A stretch of DNA of 64,000 nucleotides, taken from Malacoraja senta. Its lineage: Eukaryota. Of the stretch, positions 13,375 to 26,981 are shown piece after piece (position 1 is the first letter of the stretch; each line of letters starts with the position of its first letter). The stretch is taken from assembly GCA_038087875.1 (NCBI GenBank), contig JAXLNO010000320.1:1-64000 (forward strand). Reading direction: 5' to 3'. Below the pieces are notes generated by a model. The model was not told the origin of the DNA, ran no database searches, and saw only the letters and a program-made list of their open reading frames with translations. The translations under genes and the position numbers were made by a program.

Positions 13375-13665
13375 GGATGGCAGCAATGATAGAACTGCTG
13401 CTTCAGTGACACAGACCCGGGTGCTAACCTTGGGGGCTGTCTGTGTGGCGTTTACACATTCTCTCTGTGGTTTCCTCTGGCTGCTCCGGTTTCCCCCCAC
13501 ATTCTAAATATGTGCAGGTTTGTAGGTTGATTGGTCTCTGTAAATTGCTCCTAATGTAGGGAGTGAATATGATAGTGCGCTAACATGGAACAAGCGTGAA
13601 CAGGTGATCAATGGTCAGCATGGACTCGGTGGGCTAAAGGGTCTATTTCCATGCTGTATCACTAA
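13375..13665 (+). mobile_element. tRNA-derived SINE (degraded)
   Basis: Shares the SINE body GGTTTCCTCTGGCTGCTCCGGTTTCCCCCCACA and a CR1-like tail with the 14470 copy. Confidence 0.7.
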
Positions 13666-14469
13666 AGGAAACAGTAGCATTTGGGTTTGTAGCAGATTAA
13701 TATATCCAGTACGAGGCAGAGGAAGAACTTGCATTACTGCAAGAAAGAAGCGATCACTGACTGATTGCTGAAGGTGTGCAGTAGTCCAGCTGTCAGATTG
13801 GACAAGGATGATAGCAAGCAATGGGAAAGAATGCATCAAACTATGGGAGCTTGGCTTCAGATGAAACTGGAATGTAACAGTCCTTTTGTACTGTAGGCAC
13901 TTACTGTATAACCAAAAGTAAAGTTACAATTTTTAATTCCTTTCTTTTCACATCTGAAAGACGTCGGCTGGGGGTTAGTTCCAACTTGCAAAAATGTAAC
14001 ATGGTTGAGTAGGCAGGTATCAAGTATTCTGATGCTAATGAATAATAAGTGACCAACAGGAAAATAATTACATATGCTCATATTTTGTGAGTAACCAATT
14101 CGTCCACATCTATCCAATACTATGATGGGGTGAAATTATTCAATGTGCTTTCCCCAGGTAGGTCCATGCTGTCATATGGAGCCTGGGGTTTACTTGTGAC
14201 ATTATAGCTTAGACTAAGTGCTGGTAATATCCTACTGATATTTGCACTTGAGCTAAGTCAGACTATTTGTATTTGGTGACGCTGTAAACAAGATCATTGT
14301 TCCGATGCTGCTTGTTGAAGACCTGGTTGGGGCTTGTTCCACTGACAGTATTAACAAGAATTGTGGATCAGCTAGGGGGAATAATAAGATGCCATTTACA
14401 TCATGAGTATCTCTAGAAGAGAGCAACATCTGAGAAGGAATGAAATGTGCAAGTCTGCCATGGAAAATA

Positions 14470-14760
14470 GGGGCGGCACGGTAGTGCAGTGGTAGAATTG
14501 CTGCCTTACGGTGCCAGAGACCCAGGTACGATCCTGACTACGGGTACAGAGTTTCCCTGTGACACGTGGGTTTTCTAAGGGTGCTCCGATTTCCTCCCAC
14601 ACTCCAAAGACTTACAGATTTGTAGGTTAATTGGCTTCAGTAAAATTGTAAATTGTCCCTAATGTGTAGGATAGCGTTAGTGTATAGTGCATGTGTAGGA
14701 TTGTTGGTCTGCGTGGAGTTGGCCGAAGGGTCTGTTTCCGCGCTGTATCTCAAGGCTAAA
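14470..14760 (+). mobile_element. tRNA-derived SINE
   Basis: Head GGGCGGCACGGTAGTGCAGTGGTAGA, B-box-like GGTACGATCC, CR1-like tail GGCCGAAGGGTCTGTTTCCGCGCTGTA. Confidence 0.8.
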
Positions 14761-15972
14761 TAGAGCAAGGTTCTTTATATCAATATTTGACAGTGATTTG
14801 GGAATAACTTTGGGGTTAGATCTTTGTAGTGTGAAAAACAAAACAATATATTTTTGTATTGGAGATGGATGAATCTGAAAAGTTAATTAGCACTTTAATA
14901 AACACCAATACTCTCAATCCTGGCATGTGAGTAATTACACATCTGCATGTACAGTTAATAAATTAGGTTATGAGGGAAAAACTTGGTTTAAGAACTTCCT
15001 CTTTGTTTGCAGCTTGCCTGAAGTCCAATTTGACTCTCTTGAATCATTCGGGTAAGATCTTAACATTTATTATGATTTTCAGAAGCAATTGCGGAAACTT
15101 TATTTCGCAAAATAGATGCAATAAATATCCTCAGTCAATGCAAGATTCCATTCCTATAATTTGCATGTGCCTTATATAGACCAAATAGTCTTTCCATTGC
15201 TGCCAAATGAATAATGGTTTATCTGATGATATAACAATTGCTCAGCCTGCACAGAAGGATCTGTCTCAAAGTGGTCACTTCATTATAGTACAGTGGGTGA
15301 GGAGCATTGTCATGGGTGCAATCATTTATGTAGATGCTAAAGATCCTGCAACAGACTTCAATGGTGTCTTGGCCAAGTTGCAACTTTCAACTAGTATTGT
15401 GAACATAGGTAATCTGAAATAAAACACACAATCTGGAAACCCGGGTCGGCAGCAAAAGTGGAAAGCGAAACACTTAATGTTTCAGACTTTACAGAAGTCT
15501 TAAGATTTTGGGTAATCTGGACATTGATCTAATGTTCTTTTCATAATGGGGGATCGGATTTAAGTAATTCATCAACTGTGAAACATTATAGAATGTCTCA
15601 AGAGTATGCAAGAGGCAGGTTTCTTTTCATAGACTAATGTAAGATTTCAGGGAAATATTAGAATGCGAGAGTATAATTTTCACAACAGCATTCAGTTCCG
15701 GGAGATATTCTTCTGCTCTAATCTGGGCAAGGTTCATGTTATCCAATCCCTTTAGAATCGTAAATCATAATTAAGCATTTTTCAAGTGAGGACGTCAAAT
15801 TTACATCCCTTGAGCCTTTCCATTTTTGTGGTTTATGCAGTTTTACCCATTTAATAGTATCTAATGATTGTGTAAAGAAATTTCATCTGATTTTATTTTT
15901 TGTATTTGTAAAACATACCTACTGGTTAAAAAGAAAAATCACACTCTTTATTGTCTTCCTCAACGCCAACAG

Positions 15973-17128
15973 AGAAGTGGGCTGCAATGTCTCAATGTCT
16001 ACTTGGAGTTCAAAGAATCTAGAACTGATCCGACAGGAAGTGATTCTGGATATCGTCCTGTTGCTTTTGCTGGTCTGGTTCCTGAACCGGGAATTTGAGG
16101 TCAGCTATCGTCTGAATTACCATGGTAATGTGGAGGCAGACCTTCATCGCCACAAGATACAGAGCATGAAAGACCAGGCTGACTGGCTGCTTCATAACAT
16201 CATCCCTGCGCATGTGGCTGATCAACTCAAGGTCACTCCCCATTACTCCAAAAACCATGAAGATGTGGGTGTTATTTTTGCCAGCATTGTTAATTTCAGT
16301 GAGTTTTATGAAGAGAATTATGAAGGGGGCAAGGAATGCTACCGAGTGTTGAATGAATTGATTGGAGATTTTGATGAATTATTGGGAAAGCCTCAATACA
16401 ACAGCAATATTGAAAAAATTAAAACCATTGGAGCTACCTACATGGCAGCTTCTGGGTTAAATCCATCGCAGCGACGTGATAGCAACCATCCACACAGTCA
16501 CTTGCAGACTCTTTTTGAGTTTGCCAAAGAAATGATGAGGGTCGTGGATGAGTTCAACAAAGATATGCTGTGGTTCAACTTTAAACTACGGATTGGTTTC
16601 AACCACGGACCCCTCACTGCAGGAGTTATCGGCACGACGAAGCTTCTGTATGACATATGGGGTGACACAGTGAACATTGCTAGTAGGATGGACACTACAG
16701 GAGTGGAATGTAGGATCCAGGTGAGTGAGGAGAGTTATCGAATATTGAGCGAAATGGGCTATGACTTTGATTATCGGGGGACAGTGAATGTCAAGGGCAA
16801 AGGTCAAATGAAGACATACTTGTACCCTAAAAGCACAAACAGTGGGATCATCCCATCGCATCAGCATTCGGTGTCACCAGACATCCGAGTGCAAGTGGAC
16901 GGAAGCATTGGGCGCTCTCCCACGGATGAACTTGCTAGCCTTGTGCCTTCTGCGCCAATCATGAACAAATCTGCTCAATGCTCGGACAACTCTGAGGATA
17001 AAGACTTACTTTGTGCTCTACAGAAGGTAAAGACGAAGCAGGTAGAAGAGGCAGGCAGCAAAATGGATGACGAGGATCCAGAGGAGATGGATGAATTGAC
17101 AAAACTACAAATCTCTACTTGTCTATGA
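15973..17128 (+). CDS. ADCY9: Adenylate cyclase 9, terminal coding exon (last TM helix, C2a catalytic domain, C2b tail)
   Basis: Acceptor CAACAG at 15967-15972, stop TGA ending 17128. Motifs EKIKTIGATYMAASGL, LYDIWGDTVNIASRMDTTGV and the AC9-specific SPDIRVQVDGSIGRSPTDE. Confidence 0.98.
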
Positions 17129-20100
17129 TGCATCTTGTCATATCACAAATCAGCCTCGTCGGTAGGAACCAGTTCACGTTGGTAGTGTCTGTGCGTGAAG
17201 TGATTATTCCTGGTTTTTAATATTTTCATTTTATATCCTGATTTCTGTGTTGATCACAGTAACGCAGGAGGCAGCTCCATTGCTAATGTCTATGCTGTTT
17301 ATGGATATCAAGTGCCTTTTGGGGAGGGGGGGAACTGAGGCCTATGGAAAGAGGCTGCAGAAAGCATGACTTAGAACCCTGCACAATGCTTTGGTTATAA
17401 CCTTCCAGTCTCTTCCCACACATCAACCCATCTCCCACCCAAATGTCTCATTTGGTTGGCTTGGTTTGCTGCTTCATCTTTTCATTCCTGTAGTCGTGTC
17501 ACATTTACTCTGAGCCTCTGGGGAATACTAATGATGAATGCCAGCAGAGCACCAAGAGATATGAGGCGGAAGAATCTGGTCATGTGAAGCATTAACAAAC
17601 TTCAAATCAGTCCTCACTTGCTGGTATTCCAAAGGTTCTGGAAATTGATAAGCTATTTCAAACTTCAGGGCAGATAATCTGTTTTTCATTTACCATGCCC
17701 TCATTGAAAACAGGCTATTAACTAACTTTCTGATAGTCGCCCTTGTTTCCAGGGTGGGGATAATGCCTAAAAAGAATTGGGTAAGTAGAAGTCTTAAGCC
17801 CAGGGTTGTTCAGATCTGCATGAAAATATGGCAGATTATATTGATATTTATCGTGGCACTAAATCCAGGTTATAATACTAGAAGCTTGTTTTCATTGTTT
17901 CCAAAGAAATGTTCTCATTAAAACAGTCACAATTCTTGGATTCCTTTATCTGCTTTCAGTTCTGAAAATAAGCCTTATTTCAGGTTGGAGATGATAGGAG
18001 TTGCAAGTATGATATGAGATAGGACCAGTAACTGAACCGGCGAAGACTCGGTTCCCAGATATCTATGGTCGTGGGTCTATCTATACTGTTCACCAGTTAA
18101 GCAGATTGCTGCAGTAACGTGGCATCTTCCGATAAAATTCCTGAACTAAGCAATCTTCTATCCCAAGCCTGTGAGGGTGAAACATTCCCAGGAGTAGTGC
18201 CGTTTAATATAATTGAAAATGTCTGAAATATTCAGCAGGTCAGGCAGCATCTGTAGAAAAGGTAACAATGTTTTGGCTTGAAGACACTTCGCCACCTTGA
18301 AATTTTATGTTTGTTATTTTCACAGATGCTAACTGAATTGACCATTTCCAGCTGTTTGTTTTGATTGCAAATTTTCAGCATCTGCCGTGTTTTGATTTTC
18401 ATTCAAGTTGTCTGCCCTTCCCGATCTTGTATGGGAAGCCTATTGGTAGGGAATTGAGGATGGAAGTGATAGTTTTCTCCAGTAAAAAAAATGTATTCAA
18501 AACGGGAAGGCAAAAATGAGCATTTAATGCTGTGTCAATTTTTCATTATTAAAAGGTATTGAATGGGCTTAGCAGAAATTGATAACACCTCCCCGTCCTA
18601 AATCGAAATCTAGGACTGAATGCAAATTTTATGCCATTTCATAAGATCTGCTGCAAAATTGCCCGGATCAGAATAGAATTGTCAATTCAATCTTTCCCCA
18701 ACTATTTTTCACTGCCAGCACTTCCTCTCTCATTCCCACCACAATTTTGACATGTATTTTTTTTTAAGTGCTGATTGTTTGTGTTCTTGAGTTGTGTTTT
18801 AAAACCCAGCAATGAAAATTTGTGGAATATATTGGGAAATGTAAGCCCCTCCTAATGTTATGTTGGAGGCCCCACTTGTTACTGATCGTGAGATTCCTTA
18901 TTAAGAACTGACGACGCATTCGCATCTTTCAAACTTTGGAGTTAATTTAATTTAGGTATTCCAATCAAATGAATATTGGGTTTGTTTTACCCCACTGCGT
19001 ACTTGGCAAACTACTCAAACCGAACACTAACATCTGCTGAAATTTACCTTGACCTGACTCTCTTCCCAAACTGGTTGAAGTGGATAATTTTTTCCTTACA
19101 AAATCTAATTAAAGCTAGTGTGTCAAGCATTATAAAACAATAATATTAGATATAAGAATAACAAAATAGCGTTGAACATATGAGTAGTTGAAATGCACTG
19201 CACTCTAAATCTACAAATCAGATTATGGGTTCGGTAGAGTGTTATTTCAATTTATTCATTGCTCGACATAAATAGGTCTTGTTTGGGACAAGACTGACAA
19301 AGTTTTGTACAACTTTCTAATGCATTCAGAATCCAAGCTCATTGAAGAAATGTCTGAAACTGCTCTAAGAACAAGGTGCTCACTGGGGCAGTTTTGGTGT
19401 TTAACCAGTATCAAGAGAAATGTGTTCTGCAACTGCACAACAATAAATTCATACAGTTGAAATAAGTTAGGTATACTTTACTTTAATGCCTCATCAGCAA
19501 GAGGTGTACACTAGATAAACCTTAATCAAAATGGACACTAATATGATAGGATGAGAGATGTATTGACATCCCCTTTTAACAGGATTGTTTTGTCTTTAAT
19601 CAAATGAAATATATTTTTGAATTCATTCACTCCAAGCAGCTTTGGCTCCATTCAGCAGGCATCTCCCTGGTATTTTGCAACCAATTATCTATAGCTCTAC
19701 TATCACTAAGGCAACTTCTCTGCACATAAATCTTCAGATTTAATAAAGTATATTATTTCAGTGCATCCTTGCTGATGTATATGCATTAAAATAAAATTAT
19801 ATGCAGATTAAGTGTTCCTAATTTATTTGCAACTAAATGGCTGCTATATAATTTGATTCCTCTCGTAATATTCAATGGAGGAATTTAAATTTGGATGAAA
19901 GCACTTGAGTACTTCTGCAAACAAAATTCTTGAGGCTGGAAGCAAGTATTCACCTGTAAGCCTGAGAAAGGAGCCTGTGACCTGGCCCTGTGGAGTGTAG
20001 GATCTTCAAGCTGTAAGTTGAGTGAGCTTTGTCATTGTACTCTAAGTTGAAAGATTATTTTCAAATGACACTAGGATAGTGTCCATTACTGCCAATTGTC

Positions 20101-22320
20101 CACTATAATCGAGTACGGTATTATTGTATGTAATTGAAACAAAACTGCAGATGGTTAATACACAAAAGAGACAGTGCTGGAGTAACTCAGCGGGTCAGGC
20201 AGCACCTCTGGAGAACGTGGATAGGTGACGCCGGGACCCTTCTTCAGACTGATTCAGTCTACTAAGTTACTTCAGCACGTTTTGTCTTAAAACCAGGCGG
20301 CGATGCCGCTGGTCTCCCCCCGCGAGCCCTTCACCAGTTACCGCACAGTCCGATTGTTGCGGCTCACATTATAGCCCCCGTCTGGAATCTCGCTCTTCAT
20401 GTCGCTGCTAATGACAAGATGGGCTTGGTCACCATGGGGCTCCCTTCTCTCACCAGCTGCCACTTTGCCCGCTCCACCCTCCCGTCGTTTTGACCAGTCT
20501 GCCACTCCCTTCTCCACCACCTCCTTCTCCCCCGCAGTTGCTGACATCTTCCAAGGCAACGTACGTAGCCGACCCCGGGTGATAGATGGGGGGAGAGGAT
20601 GAGTGGAAAGAGTGACGGAGGATGACACGGCAGCGGTGGAGCGGGGAGCAGACTAAGCGACTGCCATCTGGAAGAAGCAGCCGCTGGTGAGGGGAGGGAA
20701 CCCCACAGTGACCGAATGCGGCCTGTCGGTGGTGGCGATCTGAAGAAAGCCATGTCCCCAGGGGCTACAACATGAGCCGTGTCAATCAGACCATACAATG
20801 GATCAAGGGCTTGCTCGTGCACCTTGCAAGCCTGTGCTGGTGACGGAAGCCAGGGCTGTAAGTGGCTGGGGAGACGGTGAGAGCTGGGAATGGCATCGGC
20901 CGGTCCATCCACTTTAACCAAAATCCGTTATATATGGGTCTGTTAAAACGAAGGTTTACTGTACTTTAAAATTGCTCTCACTTTAAAGACTGATTATTTC
21001 AAATTAGAAAACAAGATCATGGTTAAGAACAGACTTTCCATCGCTAAACGGTGAAAACACCCCCATGGCCCCACTGCTAAGGTTAGTTTTCTGATATAGC
21101 AGATTAATTTAATTTCAATTGCCACTTTTTTAAGTACTATAGTGTTTCTTAAATGGAGTTTGTTTAAATTATTTCTAATGACTGCAGCTGCAAAGTCCCC
21201 TGCACCAAAGTAAATTCTGCAGCACAGTTGAATAGGAGTTGGCCAAGCTCAACAATTTCCTCTGAACATCGTGATATGATGGCCTTACCGGAATAGAAAG
21301 GGTGCGGTGGGTGGGGGGAGGGTACTGTCGTGGTCCTGTCTTGGGTCATCGGTTCTGTCTTGGAGTCACCTAAGCATTTTGTATTTGCTTTCGAGGCCAA
21401 TTTTATACTGGACCTCTCTAATATACAGATGATGAGTATTTATCTTGAAACTACTGCAAATTCATCAGATGTTTTAAAAGTCTCTCACAGTGGAACCTTT
21501 CTAAAATAAAGTGATTGACTTAATTTAGGGAGCTGCTGTTCCACTTTTGTTCCCAATTCTCCAGAACCACTGACTGTTTGCCCAATGGAGAGAATTGGCC
21601 ATCATGGTGGGAAGACCTGTTGCCATGTGCTGACATGCCCTGTCCCCTCCATAGCCCCATGATTGACAGCAGAGTTGGGGTGGGTGGTTTGGTGATAGGT
21701 GATCCGGGCTTGGGGCTGTTATGTATGCAGTCCTATGGGCACTCATTAATTATCCCTATTGTACTAGGAGTTGTTGGTTTTACTTCTACCCCGCAAAACA
21801 TGTTTATTGAACCACACTTGTCCACTTTGGTCACACACTGCCTCAAGAAAGACATCACTAAGAAACCTTGTTTATGAAAATACGTAGCCATGACTGATCA
21901 CAAGACGTGTCTGGGAGCACCAGACCAGTTGAAGCACAGTTGCTGTGACCCATTATTAGCTGCTGTTGAATATAGTCTCAATAAATGGCAGTAATGAAGG
22001 AGCAGATCTCTGAACAACACTACATTGTAACTGAGTTTGACCTGAAGGGATTGTGGGGCTCACACTTGTGGAATGGTGAATACTGCTCTGCAGTTGGTCT
22101 GATTGTAAATACAATGCCTATGCTTTGACAGACAATGTATGTGAAATATTAAGCTATATGTATATAGATAAACAATATATCTGAATTATTACTACCAATC
22201 TGTAATCAATTGTATATTAAATTCAATTTACTGCGAATAACAATGATTTCACTGTAAATGTTCACCGTACATCTGCCAATTGGAATACAGTATTCATAAT
22301 AAAGTTTTACATGAATGGTG
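17129..22320 (+). other. ADCY9: Probable ADCY9 3' UTR (end uncertain)
   Basis: Follows the stop codon. Candidate AATAAA signals near 19442, 19742, 19790 and 22298; the last is preceded by an AU-rich block. Confidence 0.45.
20297..20961 (-). mobile_element. GC-rich TE-derived segment with one pogo/Tigger-like terminus
   Basis: Minus strand starts TA|CAGTAAACCTTCGTTTTAACAGACCCATATATAACGG. The CpG-rich interior differs from the flanks; no second TIR found. Confidence 0.45.
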
Positions 22321-24635
22321 CTGTGAGGCACAAATGATTAACCATGAATAGCTGGACCTTGCATGCAGGATGATACTTACCTGGTAAGTTCATCTGTGTG
22401 TGTGCGTATATTTAAAAGTTCTAGGTCCTGTGTTGCTATTGCATACTTGCAACTCTATAATATAATAACAAGGAACTGCAGATGCTAGTTAATACCAAAG
22501 ATATACGCAAAATGCTGGTGTAACTCGGGTCAGGCCGCATCTCTGGAGAAAATGGATAGGTGGCGCTTTGGATCGGGACCCTTCAGACTGATTGCTGGGG
22601 GTAAGCAGGGGGAAAAACAAAGTGAAAAGTGTCTATTTTTGGTTTTCTATAAATTAGTTTACCTTTTCATATTTTTCTCTTCTGGGATCTCTGGATAAAG
22701 CCACCCCAATCCAGATTTGTTCTTGCAAGGAAGCAGACATCAATTTTTATTCTTTTCTTGCAGCACTCAATGACTGATTATTAATCAAAGCTTAATAACC
22801 AAGATTATTTGCCTGAAATCAGAAATGCTGAATGTTGGTCAAACTTGGTATCAGTTTTGTCTCAGTTGTAGAACTCAGAGCTGACAGTTTTTTGTAGATG
22901 AGCTACTCAAGGTGGGCATTGTGCCCCTGTAGTGTTAAATGTCTCATGGAGGTGTAAACAGAACGGCTGAAGAACAATGGAAGTTTGAACAGCATCTTGG
23001 GTATTTTATCCAAGAACCAAGGAGATTGATCTGAAATGTATCTCATTGCTGTTGGAGAGATCAGTCTGTGTCCAACATGTCAAAATTCATGTTTCAATCC
23101 TGATCTTCCTGAATCAACACACTTTTTAAAAATACAGAAGTTACTGTTCTGGCACATTTGGGCTGTGAAGAGTAAAATGCTGGGTTTAGGCAGTGTCACC
23201 TTCGTTCCTCCATGTAAGAGAGCTGGGTCTAAAAACCTAGCGTAAGCTGCTTTACGAATAGTGTTTCAGCAATCTGAAGGGTCCAAATTGGAATTTGTGA
23301 TCTAGAATATTTATCTTTTCTGTACCATACCCATGATTATGACAAACATTCCTATAGTTTTTTTGCAGGGTTTCCCATTGCTTGTCCAATGTAGTTTTCC
23401 ATTCTCTTAGCCTTAAAATGTATTAGCAAATAGTTACATTATCTAAATACAAAATTTGATCTTCGTGGAACGTGGAGGAACCTCCTGCATCCCAACTGAT
23501 GATGATCACTGTGCAATGGGTCAGTGTTGCAATGGGTCAGTGATCTAAAGGAACTATTTCAGAGGCCCAAGCCTTTGATTTTTGATGACAGTGGTTGTGG
23601 ATGAGTCACTTTCCTAAAAGACATACCAGAAAAAGAGAACTTCAGACTGCAATAAAAATGTGGATTCAAAACTATGCACTGTGTAGAAGGCCTGCACTCC
23701 CCATGTTGTCTTTGCTAAGATGGTAGTTCTGATCTGAGTATGGAGATGCACTGTACTGCACTCCAGTGCCGCATTTGGGAAGTGTTGCCTCTTAAATTGG
23801 TTTCTTCAAGTCAGCAGTCTTACTCATCAGATATTTTCAGTCAAATTATTTTGCTCACAAATAGGTTTAAAGGTGTTATATTTATTGAACAATACCTAAA
23901 GATCAATGTTGCGTTTAGATAACATTGTTGCCCAATGAAGCATTGTCTGAGAGAAATGGAAGATACTGGAGAATTCAACAGGTTAGTAAATGCAACAGAT
24001 AGCTTAGAATTGTATTTTCATCAGCCAACTCCCTCGGGGATTAATGGATTCATTTTAACCTTGGTTAATGGTACAGAGTGTGCCTGATGGTGCAATTGAA
24101 TAGGTTGTTCAGTAGATTCTGCTGTTTTATTTTATTTCACTTGCTCCTGTTATAGACACTTCATATTCAGTGCTTTCCCAGATTTTTGAACATCGCCAGC
24201 CAGACAAACCCTTGAGTCGATGACTTTCATTCTTTTTTAAAGGAAGATTTTAGAATACTCTTGAATTGTCTTTCTCCACTTGTTACCTCTTGCATGACAG
24301 AACTGCCCATGCTTGTCATGTATGTGAATGATGTGGTCCACTCATTAGATAATTAGAGCCTCAGTTCTATGGGAGAAGGTACTGCTGTTGCTTTGCATAT
24401 ATTACCAATGATTTCCCTGGAGGCAGCAACACAGGTCAACAGGGTGGTGAAGATCTTGCTAGAGTGCTTTGCTTCGGCTAGCCTTAGCTGGAATGTCAAA
24501 TGATTGTATGAAACACACGAGGCTGAAGAACACAGTCAGCCTAGTGGCGGGTTTTCACATTCAACAGCCAAAAACTTCATTAACATATCTGGCTTTGGTG
24601 AGAGATGCTCCTGAGATTGAGGAAGTGATAAGGTC

Positions 24636-25910
24636 TTAAGTCATAATAGGAGTAGAATTAGGCCATTCGGCCTATCAAGTCTACTCTGCCATTTGATCAA
24701 GGCTGATCTATCTCTCCCTCCTAACTCCATTCTCCTGCTTTCTCCTAATAACCTCTGACACCTGTACTAATCAAGAATCTATCTCTGCTTTAAAAATATC
24801 CACTGGCTTGACCTCCACAACCTTCTGTGGCAAATAATTCAACAGATTCACCACCCTCTGACTAAAGACATTTCTCCTCATCTTCTTAAAAGAATGTCCT
24901 TTAATTCTGAGGCTTTGACCTCTAGTCCTAGACTCTCCCACTAGTGGAAACATCCTCTCCACATCCACTGTATCCAAGTCTTTCACTATACTGTATGTTT
25001 CAATGAGCCCCCCCCCCCCCCCCCCCAGTACAGGCCCAGTGCCGACAAACGCTCATCATAGGTTAACCTACATATCGTGTGGTCATTCTTGTAAACTTCC
25101 TTTGGACCCTCTCCAGACCCAGCACATCCTAAGTTATGGTGTCAAAATTGCTCAATATTCCAAATGCGGCTTTACCAACCCCATATAGAACCGCAACATT
25201 ACATCCCTGTTTTTGCATACAATCCCTCTTGAAATAAATGCTAGCATTGAATTTGCTTTCTTTACTACCGATTTGACTTGCAGTTTAACTTTTTGGGAAT
25301 CCTGCACCAGCATTTCCAAGTCCTGTTGCACTTCTAATTTCTGGATTCTCACCCCATTTAGAAAATAGTCTATGCCTTTATTCCTATTACCAAAATGCAT
25401 TACTCCACACTTTGCTACACTATATTCCATCTGCCACTTCTCTGTCCACTCTCCCAACCTGTTCAAGTCCTTCTGCAGAGTCCCTGCTTTCTCTACACTA
25501 CCTTCCCCTCCACCTATTTTCGTATCACCCGCAAACATTGCCACAAAGTCTAAGTCCCCTCGTCCAAATCATTAATATACAACGTGAAGAGTAGCGGCCC
25601 CAACATCGACCCTTGCAGAGCTCCACTGATCGCTGGCAGCCAACCAGAAAAAGTCCCCTTTATTGCCAGTCTTCTGCCCTCCAGCCAACCTGCTATCCAT
25701 GCTAGTATCTGCCCTTTGATACCGTGGGCTCTCATCTTCCTAAGCAGCCTAACATGTGGCACCATATCAAAGGCTTTCTGAAAAAAGTACACAACATTAC
25801 TGACTCTTTTGTCCTGCTATTTACTTCAAAGAATTCCAGCAAATTTGTCAAGCTAGACTGCCCCTTCACAAAGCCATGATGACTTTGGCCTATTTATCGT
25901 GAACTTCTGC
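24636..25910 (-). mobile_element. CR1 LINE, 5'-truncated
   Basis: Minus-strand ORFs FQKAFDMVPHVRLL, LGPLLFTLYINDLDEG, FAGDTKIGG, FSQRVVNL. Confidence 0.92.
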
Positions 25911-26149
25911 ATATTTTAGGACTTTGTCATGAATCTTTCATTGCTGGCTAGTGGGCAGAGTTCACTGGAGCAGTTTGGTAAAGGTCCTTTGACTTTGGAT
26001 GCTTAATGCAAAATGTTTTCTCTTATGTGCTTTTAAAGAGTTAATGACTTGAACCTCTGCTTTCAAATGCACACAAGTATATCCTTACAACTACTATTGT
26101 AATTACCGCTGTAGTTCTGGAAAAAAGGGGGGAAAGCAGCAAAAGCTAA

Positions 26150-26980
26150 TGTGTCCCTTATGGACTGAGACATGAGAAATTATTTTTGGGGAACTAAAGA
26201 AATGGCAGAGAAGCTAAATATTTCCTGATTGTCTTCAAGAAACGATGGAGTGGGGAGCCTTATCAGTGGTAGAAAAATTGTTGGAGAAATTTCTACGGGA
26301 TAGAATTTAATTTGTTTTGGAAAGGCAGGAACTAATTAGAGGTAGGCAAAAATGCTGGAGAAACTCAGTGGGTGAGGCAGCATCAATGGAACGAAGGAAT
26401 AGGCGACATTTTTGCAGGAAGGAGGGTATTGACTGGAAACATCGTCTATTCCTTCGCTCCATAGATGCTGCCTCACCCACTGAGTTTCTCCATCATTTGC
26501 GTCTACCTTAGATTTTTCCAGCATCTGCAGTTATTTCTTAAACAACTAATTAGAAGTGGTCGGCATTGGTTTGTGACCCATGGAGTGCCGCAATAGAATG
26601 TTTTTTACAAAGGTAATTGATGATTGCAGACCAATAGATATGGACCGGAATAAGGTAATTGACAAGGTCCAGCACAGTAGGATGGTTGAGGGTATGTACA
26701 TTGAATCCAAAGCAAACTGGCTTGGTGATGAGAGACGGAGGGTAGTGGTGCAAGGATGTATTTCTGATTGTAGCTCCGTAACTAGCGTATCACAGGCATC
26801 AGTGTAGGGCCGTTTGCTTTTTGAGATACTTTAACAACTTAGATGTATATGTATAGGATATGAATACCAAGATTGCAGATGACATGAAAATTGGTGGTGT
26901 GGATAATGATGGAGGTTGTTTAAGGCTATAGCAGGATCTCTATCAGAAGAACTGTTGGGTGGCGTATTGGCAGCTGGAAT
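26150..26980 (+). mobile_element. Old CR1 RT fragment, interrupted at 26340-26545 by an inverted Penelope-repeat cassette
   Basis: Degenerate DKVQHSRM, ANWLGDERRRVVV and KIADDMKIGG motifs. Confidence 0.6.
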
Positions 26981-26981
26981 T

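Noticed and set aside
22373..22384. U1 snRNA gene
   Set aside because: Only the first 12 nt match; the U1 body (CAGGGGAGATACC...) is absent.
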